Shown here: piece by piece, positions 1 to 9,700 of the stretch
Layout of the letters: every line of letters begins with the position of its first letter
Position numbering within the stretch: the stretch's first letter is position 1
Assembly (NCBI RefSeq): GCF_964204645.1
Contig: NC_134025.1
Coordinates: 24,780,299 to 24,844,298 of the forward strand
Direction: 5' to 3'
Length of the DNA: 64,000 nucleotides
From: Tubulanus polymorphus
Lineage: Eukaryota; Animalia; Nemertea
Made by a program: the position numbers and the translations under genes
The notes under the pieces: model-generated
Databases searched by the model: none
Told to the model about the DNA's origin: nothing
The model's input: the letters and a program-made list of their open reading frames with translations, nothing else

Positions 1-991
1 CAAATGCTAGGTACGGCCCTGAGCGAAGTTGGTGGCTGTGATGCAGGCCATAAAAACGACACGTATTAATATTCCTGATATAGCAAATGAGCCCCTCTCG
101 AACTTTTGTTCCCCGCCGAAACGGAAAACTTATTGAGATTTTTAGAGTGGATTTTTCATTTTTCTTTATTTTGGCGTCTGACGCCCTCGTTTGCGTATCG
201 CAAATTTTACCTTATGACCCGAATCGGCCAAGATTTTGTTTTTATCTTTATTGCCGAAGTTACGCTTTTGTACGAGCGTCTCTTGCATAACGCGATAACA
301 GTCGTCATAATCACTTCGATCAAGGGAATAAGTGTCCTTTTTCGTCGCATAAGTTGGTTGATGTTTTAACGTCAAAACGGAAACCGCGGGATTTACGACG
401 GATGCACACGAGATCGAGAGAATTGTTCGCGTAAATCCTGTCTGTGATTTTCAATACGGAAATTCTAAGGTTCCAATCCTCGAAAATTCCGGACCAGGAA
501 AAAGGCCCCGAATTTCTTGAGCCTTTTTCCTTTCGTTCGACCCTGGACCCGTCCCCGAAATAGAACGTTTGATAATAATCAGTGGGTCGCTCTCGTCCGG
601 GCGTGTGTGACGAGCTTGCTTCGATTGCTCCGACTGGATTATAACAAATCAAAAACAACGAAGAAATAAAATTGTTTTTATACATACCGGTATACACTTT
701 AGATTTTAATTTGCATATATACAGTTCATGTGGATACAGTGAAAGTCCCATAATCCCGACCTCGTCAGGAGATTATCACTTAAATTCGACGAAAACATGT
801 CACACTAAAACGATTCGTTTGGGGTTTATGCTGATATCAATAAATAAAAAGAACATGTACAACATTGGAGTGTACGCCAACAACTCCATTTATATATCAT
901 TTGATCTATCGATATAGTTCAAAAATATGTCCACGATTATTATTCAGAGCGCCAAGTACATGTACAATATAGTTCTATAACAAGCATTTTG

Positions 992-2719
992 TCACGATAG
1001 ATTCAGTTTTTCATTAGTTGTTTTCGATAACGATGTATCAATTCCCTGCGTAGCATGTTCAGCGTCTACGCTACTACAATCTGAATGCGTCGCTGATTGT
1101 TTTTCCTCTGTTTTATTGTCAGACTTTTTAACTTTGGTCTGAAAAAAAAGAGAAATACATGTATAGAAACCTAAAAATTAGTGACGCAACAATCCTATTA
1201 ACCCTAAACGCCTGTCTTATCAAACGAAATAAGGTTTATCTAGTACAATCAATATGCTTTTTACCCATTCATATGTTTATTACCGTACAAACGAGTTATT
1301 CATCGAGTTATTCATGAACCAAAAACATGAACATTATCAAAACTATACTTATCAAGATCTCTGAAGAAAACATCATAAAAACAAAGTACTTCTCTATATA
1401 TTTTTTTCAATAAATATGGATAAGCCTAGGAGGAAAAAACAACTGTGGCCGATAGAACAAGATCTCAAAAGTAGTCAATCCCAAGCAACTAGCCGTTACA
1501 TGGATTCAACCTACGGTTGTATTCTCTGAAGATGGTGAGTCCAATTGGATTGTCACTGGTCCATCGTTCTGGATATGCACTTGCATATAAGCACCAAAAC
1601 GTCCATCTGTAGAAAGATAACTTAGGTTTAACTGAAGATTTTGAAATTTTGTCTCACGGACTTACTCACAAAGAATCAGGGTAATGAATTCTGAATAAAA
1701 AATCTTTTTTTTTTAAATAGTGTTGGCAATTTTTTTACAGAGTGCAACTACTCACCTTTAATTTTTTCCGGCTTATATGTATCTTTCATATGTTTGAGGA
1801 AGTCATTGTAAAAACTTTCCGACTGATCTGCACCCATCGAACTGCGGAAATCAGGTTTATGACCTTTCATAGTGCACGTTAAAGTAAACTATAGAATTTT
1901 TCATAAAAAAAGAATATTTTTCATTAGAACAGGAAGCTATATATTGAATAGATAAGGATTATTGTTCAACAACTGGTTCAACGGTCAAAGATAATTTTGA
2001 TAAAACTGTTGTTTCACCTGGCTAACGCATAGAACCTCTAAATCTTTATCCATTACACCTTTGTTCCATCGTTTTCCACCGCCGTCCTCAAACACCCTCA
2101 AATTCAGAATTTTCTTCACCCTTTGAACATTAAATTCATATATAATGTAGAATTTGGAATTAAAAAGTAAGGGCTATTGAAATAGCTGCTTACATGTATT
2201 TGATATCATTTGTTGTATCGTCTTTAGAGATTCCTAACAGAACACATATTCCTCGGCCAATAGAACTAACTACTTCATCACCAACTAGAAATACATACAT
2301 GTATATAATAATAAGGATGCAATGGCTGATTGGGATCCGAACCCCTCCAATGTTAGAAAATTCTAAGTATAGTCACGAAAATTTGGATTCGAACCCACTA
2401 GGGCTATTATGAAGCAAGAGATGCTAACTCTTAAACCATTGTCACTACTTATAACCCAACCATTAGCTACCCTATCATAATGAATCTCGTAGCCCTAAAC
2501 CCCAAACCTAATTGCTTTTAAAATTCTACGCTTTTAAACCCTAACATGTAGACCCTAAACACCGATTTTCTGCGGTTGAAAAAGCCGCCATTTTGTTTTT
2601 TTCTTATTCATCAACGATAATAACCATCTTCGATTGAATGGTAAATCCTGGTTTATGTCACAGATTATTTACTTACCCACAACACTTGCATTAGACACTC
2701 GTTGTATAACGGCCCTCAT
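992..2719 (-). CDS. DTD1: D-aminoacyl-tRNA deacylase 1 (6 exons)
   Basis: Exons 2719-2677, 2284-2194, 2120-2018, 1888-1756, 1606-1515, 1138-992, all GT-AG and frame-consistent. Translation MRAVIQRVSNASVVVGDEVVSSIGRGICVLLGIS...KILNLRVFED...LCVSQFTL...KGHKPDF...DGRFGAYMQVHIQNDGPVTIQLDS carries the DTD SQFTL and NDGPVT (Gly-cisPro) motifs. Confidence 0.96.
2383..2445 (-). repeat. Possible tRNA-derived SINE remnant in DTD1 intron 1
   Basis: Minus strand has a Pol III B-box-like GGTTCGAATCC about 35-40 nt downstream of a weak A-box-like TGGTTTAAGAG; no cloverleaf can be folded. Degenerate CCCTAA-like units lie next to it (about 2450-2560). Confidence 0.25.
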
Positions 2720-2929
2720 ATTAATCCTCGAAACTTATTTCCCGTAATAAAAGTAACAAAGCAATAATATAATGTAATAAAATATATTTATACCCACGAC
2801 CTTGGGACGGTACAATGATTATGCGTCGTAACATGGTATTGGACATATACCCGGACAGGTATCGGACGAAAAACGATCGAGTCAACTTTCCTATGCTATC
2901 GTTTTTATTTATCCTATATGATATGATAT

Positions 2930-5220
2930 TCATGAATGATTCAGAATCTGGTGAAATGCGATGAGAATAGCAAAAAATACATTGAAATAAATTTCGAAAG
3001 TAGGGTTGACCTTGATTCCAGATGACGTAGAAGTACCTGCAATAAAGAACGCATGCGGGCGTAAATCATGTGGCTGTTGTCACGATTGAAAAAGCTCTAG
3101 GATCTAAGTATTTATTTTCATAAAGTATTTACTCGTGATTTTCAGAGATGCAGAAATTTGTTGATCTCTGTAGCCCTGCCCGTGTGATTTGCATGTTACA
3201 AGTCGCCCATTTCTCGACGTTGATTTTAGGTTTAATTTCCTCAGATCGATCATCCAAGCGGCAAAGTATGGCTGCACACATACACTGAAAATATCAGTTA
3301 CATAAGTTAAGAGCGAGATTAAACTGATACAATGGTTATAATAAGATATTCATAAAACAATAGTGTCATTTTTCGACAATCCGCTCAATTCAAGTCGAAC
3401 ATTTTCAGGTCATATCCCATCTCATGAACGTGGACTACATGTGAATTAGTAATGAGTTTTAAGTGACGATACAGACACTTCGGCCAAAGAATATGCGAAT
3501 AATTTCAGATACGCAAGTGGTCAGAAGATGACGGAAGGATCTTACTGGCCCGCACAATTTGTTTGACTTTCTTCTCCTCTAGTATATGAATCTCTTATCT
3601 TGATTGGTTTATCGTCTAGTAACATCTCGATGAGTGGTGCTGAGAAATTTGACTGACTCTTACAGGTGACCCGATGATGACTTTTTGTCATCACTAATGT
3701 TGATCCATTGTTGAGTTTTATCAGTTTTCGCAGATTGCCATCGTACACGTGCCAGCTGATTGAATGGGGTGGTCCTACGTAAATACGAAGAATCATAGTA
3801 AATAGTAAAATTAAATCGATTGGAAAGGGGAGCAGTTATACAACGTTTGGTTACCATTTGTTTATATTATCCATACCCGGTTATCTTTATCAAATAAAAG
3901 ATAATAAATGCCAATGCCATTTTTTGAAAAATTATTTTTATCAAAGCAAACAGGGTTAACGCTATCTATATATACTACGCGATGTTTTACTTACCCATTA
4001 CTGAGAGAAGGGAATTCTGATGTGTAACGTTTGTACCTTTGACTCGGCAGCTGTAGTGTCCTTCATCTCCTGATTGAACACCTGGATATAATAATCATTT
4101 AGAGGCGTGTCATCGGAAAAAATGTGTAAATCATTATGACTAATGTCTATTTCAACTTTGCTTGAGAGGACATCGGGTGGCCTAGCAGTTGTCCTTAAAC
4201 ATCGAGTCAAACATCATTGTTTAATCCATTTTACGCTGTATTGAAGGATAGCCAAATGTCTTTGCTGAATGGGGTTACATCATAGAAAAGTTACTCCATT
4301 TTCTCAAGACTTCTTGGCAATCTTTCAATACAGGGTTACAATGGATTAAAAACCGATGTTTAATTTTGCTGCACATCCGTGTAGGCCCCTATTAAGACCT
4401 TTATCAGGTATATACTACTAAAGCTAACTGAGCTGAGCAACCCAATGTCCTCAAGAGCAAGGTCGAAATAGACATTCCGATTATAGGCCTACCTAGAATT
4501 TGCAAACTTAATTCATTTGAATTGGGAGTTTTGGTCACTTTCATCCGATTGTCAGTGATAAAACTGCCATTCATACGCGTTCCTGTTGAAAGCATCATGC
4601 CCTCGCCCATGGAGTACATGTAGTTCTTCATCTGATTTTTCATTATTTGAATGTCATCAGCTGCAGTATTTTTCACCTAAAACGAAAGAAAAACGGAGTT
4701 AATACTCATAGAATATTTTTCCAATTTTCCGACTCAAACGTTTGTTTTTAGTAAAACGATTAAAATGATTTCTTTTCTATAAATCAGCTCATTCTTTATT
4801 CCAGTTTTGGGAATTATTTTCCCAAAAAATCGCACTTAATTAAATTCAGTCTATCACAACAAATCTTACTGAACAGGAAAATTTGAAATTTTCTCCGACT
4901 TTCAATTTGACATCTTCCGTCATTGACATACCCCATATGACTGAAAATATCAATAAAATAATGACAAAATAAAATATCGTTTTGATATACATACCTCATA
5001 CGTGTACACCTTATAATACCTCATACGTTGAATACTTAAACGCGATTTAGGTTTTAAACACTTGAACATTTTGAAACACTTTTAAAGTTTTTACTCATCA
5101 ATTAGGAGTACACTTATAACCCATTCCTTCCCTCATAAAAATATATACCGGTACAAAGTTACCTTTACTACAAAACGTCAACAGAAAGCATATTATCTGA
5201 AATCCGCGGTCGGGAATCAT
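2930..5220 (-). CDS. Secreted-pathway two-Ig-domain protein with C-terminal GPI-signal-like tail (IgLON/lachesin/Dpr-like architecture), about 295 aa, 7 exons
   Basis: Exons 5220-5163, 4940-4870, 4676-4493, 4081-3995, 3774-3546, 3284-3133, 3036-2930 splice in frame. Signal peptide MIPDRGFQIICFLLTFCSKVIWG; Ig1 VKLKVGENFKFSCSV...LSLQILGVQSGDEGHYSCRV; Ig2 RVTCKSQSNFSAPLIEMLLDDKPI...NGRLVTCKS; Ser-rich spacer then hydrophobic end FEIYFNVFFAILIAFHQILNHS*. Confidence 0.85.
4142..4476. mobile_element. MITE-like insertion with about 40-bp imperfect terminal inverted repeats in Ig-gene intron 3
   Basis: 4142-4181 (aatgtctatttcaactttgcttgagaggacatcgggtggc) matches the reverse complement of 4437-4476 at 33/40 positions. 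This intron (411 nt) is larger than the neighbouring ones. Confidence 0.5.
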
Positions 5221-5619
5221 GTTCGAGTGGTGATCTATACTCCCGGGTATATACTACTGATGAATGAAAATAAACAGCATGTGTGCTCATGATGAATGAA
5301 AATAAACTAGTGGGAGTCAAAAAGACTAGATACGTTTCATTAATCAAACCGATTTTAATTACATTTTCTACAGTTAATATAAAATCGTATCACTCCTGAT
5401 TAAATGGTGTGCGACAGCAACATACCTGTGTTAATTCAAGCAATACAATGTAGGTCTAATCAATATTCACTATTGATTTGAGAGATCTATTGTCTGTCAC
5501 AGGGATGTTTTATGGATTAAAACTGTAAAGTACCATCATAGTCACGTACAAGCAGTCACTGGCTGTTATGATAATTCATCATTCTCGATTAAATCAACAA
5601 TGAAGGAAATGTAATGGTA

Positions 5620-5720
5620 TATTACGCAGCTGGAACCGAACGGTTGTCGTGGTGTGCCCGGGAGTTGCCCAAGCCAGTGGTACCAGACGTATGCCGCGTG
5701 GTCAATTCTGGGCCACATTT
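5620..5720 (+). ncRNA. Candidate structured ncRNA A (hairpins followed by ACA-ttt)
   Basis: GC-rich island in AT-rich DNA. Stems cagctg/cggttg and gcccgggagttg/caattctgggc contain G-U pairs that work only on the + strand. ACA at 5715-5717. No canonical H box found. Confidence 0.35.
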
Positions 5721-5801
5721 AAAAAAAAGTAGTTTTCAGCTTTCAGGTGCTGAAAATAAAGAGGTCCGGCTGAAAACTATTCTTTAGGTTTTGATAACTG
5801 C

Positions 5802-5936
5802 TATTGCGCTGCTGGGATATCGAACGGCGTGTCGTGGTCGAGCGATTCATGGTACTGGCACGGTTCGCCTTTTGCCACGCACAAAGAACTACGTCGTTCT
5901 CCGGCGTAGAGGATTCCGTGTCCAGGGAGCACAACC
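5802..5936 (+). ncRNA. Candidate H/ACA-type snoRNA/scaRNA B
   Basis: Hairpin cgtggt..gcga/tcgc..gccacg with an internal loop, ANANNA box AAAGAA (5883-5888) 14 nt after the upper stem, a second hairpin gttctccgg/ccagggagc (5896-5930), then ACA-acc (5931-5936). The 5' part resembles segment A. Confidence 0.45.
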
Positions 5937-6709
5937 TTAGTCCACTTCCTTAATCCGCGATTTAGTGTTAACTGGCGTCTTGTAGCTATGGATACCCCAA
6001 GATGGCGATGTATTGATAACATGAAATACAAGATAACACGGAAATAATCGTTGTTCTTGAGGATATCAATTTAATTTCAGTTAACTAATGTACGTAATGA
6101 TTTAACTAGGATTGGCAGTTAACGCTGTCATTGGATCCAAACTTAACCATCATCATAAGTCTATCATAAGGATAGACTTACAAAAAATATCAAATTTTGA
6201 TTCAAAAAAGCATTCTCTCTCGCAGTCTCTGCTCTCTCTGGGTTTTTCTGTCAGTAGTAGTCTTAGTCAGTAGTAAGGGCCAAATTCGGTTTTCGTATTT
6301 AGTCGACTAGCGGTGGGAACTAATAACAGAACGCGCTTGATTTTCAAACTATTTCCGGAATAGTTCCGACTAATCAATGGACATTCGGTTTGGTTTAGTT
6401 CGTTTATAGTCGGCCACCTCAGATAACCGAAGGTTGCCCAGTGTGTCTGCCTGTAACTTGTAAGTTGTAATACACTCTCTCTTTTGGAAAGAAACTACAA
6501 TACATACTTGACACTGACAGACTCACTCACCGACTGTCTGGCACTAGACCTACTACTGCATCCTCCCTCCCCAGGACTGCTAGCCACATTGGCAGAGTGG
6601 CTCCACTGCTGGAGATCCCTATGTAGTGTACTAGTGAAGATGATTTTTACTCATAAATGATAATGATTTTGAATTGATGCAAGTCTTTTTGATTTAATTA
6701 ATATAGAAA

Positions 6710-9700
6710 ATGACTACAATGACATCTGAACCACCAGAGACTGTTCAGGTTCGGCCTCCTGAACCAATTAGTATCACAGTACTGAGAGTAAGAAACTTGG
6801 TAAGTACATAGACATAGACATAGACTTTGGCTTAGCTCACAAGAAACTGTTTGGATAGGAATTGATTCTGCTCATTCCTAAATCAATATTTTATTTTTAC
6901 TTTTAGAAAGGAGTTAAAGGAGACAATGTAAACACAATTGTGAAGCTGGAATTTGGTGAAAAAACTCTTGGTGAATCGACAAAAGTGGAATGCACACCTG
7001 ACATTCCGGCGGAAATTAATTTCAATTCAACTATCAATTGTTCGTTTGATGATCCACTTAGTCTTGATGAACTTGCATCACATCCTCTGCTTGGTAAATA
7101 AAAGTCTGAATCATGTTTAGATCATTAATCTATGTATGTGCTAATGTTATTTTAAGGGTAGTTAAGCCTGGTTTGCAGCCTGTAAATTTTTCTACTTTTC
7201 ATATTTTTTTACAAATTTCAGTAACGATAATCGAAGTCTTACCAAAAGAGAAAAAACAAAAGGAGGAAAAGACACAGATTCTTGGGCAGTCATCATTTGA
7301 TTTGCTGCCACTAGTCAAAGGTAATAAGTTTAGCACCAAAAAACACGGCTATTCTTTATAGTATGTATAATTTGCACATTTCCATGACCGTTTCAATTTC
7401 ATTTTTTATCTTATTTCAGGGGAAAGCAAATTTAAGCATACCTTGCAAATTCATTCAATACCAGGATCACCCTTAGAAAATCTGCCACCTGAACACCCTA
7501 AGGTAGGCCTATAGCATATTGATTTGTTATCATTTCCCTGTATATTGGTATCTTCCCACTCAACAAATTTTCCTTACATTGATTTGCAGCCTGAAATTGA
7601 TATTCAACTGTCTGTTAACGAAGCACTCATTTCTGAAGCGCAACAGAATGAAGTGAATCTTATGACGGTCACTGTCGGTTCCTGTTACTCCCCACCAGAA
7701 GCTTGGACTATCCTTGGTACACAATTCATGTATACGGTTTCAATGCCAGTACCATTAACTTCAGAGGTTTGTGCATTGCTCTAATTTTCAAATTGTAAGG
7801 GATTTTTTTATATAAACATATCTGTAGATCCTAATGAAAAGAATGAGGTCATACCAAATCTAATGCTATTATAATGATTAGATGATTGCTTTTTGAAAAT
7901 CGCATTATTGTTCTTATTTTTGCAGAAGGAAAATGTTGTCGTTTTTCCTAATGGACAGTTGAAACCGCCTGTTGATAAGGAGCCACCCACTAAAGAGTTA
8001 AAATGGCTTTTCCCTGGACTAGCACAAGGGAATGCTTGTAACATTCCGGAGAGGTACTTTTTCTTTAATACAGACACTTTTTGAATTGATCAACTCATAT
8101 CACCTTATATCTATTTATATACCTTACCTAAGCTTATCTTCAATTTTCCTTCCCTAAATTGACTCTTACTTCAAACAATGAAAGGACATGTTACTGCTGA
8201 ATTTTTTCAGATTTATTTCATCAGACCCGGTCGAAGATGAAGATGGTGATTTCAAGTCAAAAGATGATAAAGAACACAGATCCACGTCGGAGCAAGAAAA
8301 GAATCGTGTGACATGGAATACAGAACGACACAGTTTCATGGAGGCTTCAGCTTGTAAAAAGTATGCTTATCTTGCTTGAAACATTCTGAATTAATTTCTT
8401 CATAATATTAATTACAATTTCAAGGTCTAACAGTCTGAATTTTTTAGACCAAACAAATGATATTCTCTGGAAAATTGACTGAATACCCCATTTTTCTCAC
8501 AGCCTTGAAGAAAGAATAGCTAAATGTCGGTATTGGCCTGTAGAAGTGATGAGGTTACCATTAGCCCCTCCAGGCGGTAAACCTGGTGCTGGAAAAAAGG
8601 TATGCTAATTTTTTCATTGATAACCGACAAACTTATAAGTAAAGACCTAAAAGATACAATTCAATATTCTGTGCACTATGTATAATTCGATATTACGCAA
8701 CGTTTTTGGCATTCTTGCTTATCACTCATATATGTATGGAATCACTTGTATGATATTGCTTTAATATACTGTAAATATATTATGTAAATGGTTGCATATG
8801 GTATGATTCCAATATCTAATGCACGTATTTTTTCTCTATTGCCTACGTATTGCATGGTACGCACAGACAAGATGGGTTGGTATTGCAAATACATATATTA
8901 TTCCTCCATCTTGTAGAACAGGAAAAGTGTATATTATGCTTAAAAGCTTGTCTATATATTACTATAGGCATGTGAAGATCTCACTAGTTTAAGCTTATCC
9001 ATTGTAATTTCTGTCTCCCTTACCCTATATATAGAAGCTTTGAAATATTCTGAAATTCAAAGACTTTTGCTTATCTTTACTTTTCCTTACATTCAATGAA
9101 GACTAACATCTGTAGCAAATTTTCCATTTTCATATCATATTTGTGAGAAACAAGCTTTGTTCTTGAGTAATAAAAAAATTTCAAGTTTCCTTGGTTTGTA
9201 TTGCATGCACATATGTTTTTTTAGCTTATCATAAGTTATAGCTAGATAAAGAAGTAAAACTTTAATTATTTTACAATTGCTGTTAGTAATATAGTAGGCC
9301 TATATGAATCAACAAAATTGTGGATTCCTGTTTGATTGTATATTGTATTGAAGTGAATGTTTTTGCAGGATGACGAATCAATGATCAGCTATCATGGAAT
9401 TGTGTATGTAAATATGGCTCCTTTGTTATATCCTGGAGGTAAATGTTAAAATCTCACAATATCTGAGCACTGTTTTCGTTTCTCTAGTTTTGACGTTATG
9501 ATTTTATTTTCCCTTTCCTTTCCAGTGAAAAGAATTAGAGGGGCTTATAAAATCCTACCATTTAATGAAAATGAGGTCTTTGAAAAGGTGAGTGCATGAA
9601 ACCTGCAATTCTATGTACACGTAGTACTCGGATTGTACCAAAAATGATGATGTTCCATTCTAGACAAAACGTAAAGGCACATTGGCAGAAGAGGCCGCAC

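Noticed and set aside
3998-4210. 70-aa ORF in the ORF track
   Set aside because: The real exon (4081-3995) uses a different frame (DEGHYSC); the rest is intron/MITE arm.
4650-4676. Apparent Cys-Ser-TGA selenocysteine codon if exon 1 spliced directly to 4676
   Set aside because: The intervening exon 4940-4870 restores a stop-free Ig reading frame, and no SECIS was seen.
5258-5400. C/D snoRNA (TGATGA...CTGA)
   Set aside because: TGATGA is part of an 18-bp tandem duplication (tgatgaatgaaaataaac x2) upstream of the Ig gene; no terminal stem or recognisable guide.
5450-5940. Telomerase RNA (H/ACA 3' end with a short terminal hairpin)
   Set aside because: No CUAACCCU-type template or U-rich pseudoknot was found upstream on the + strand.
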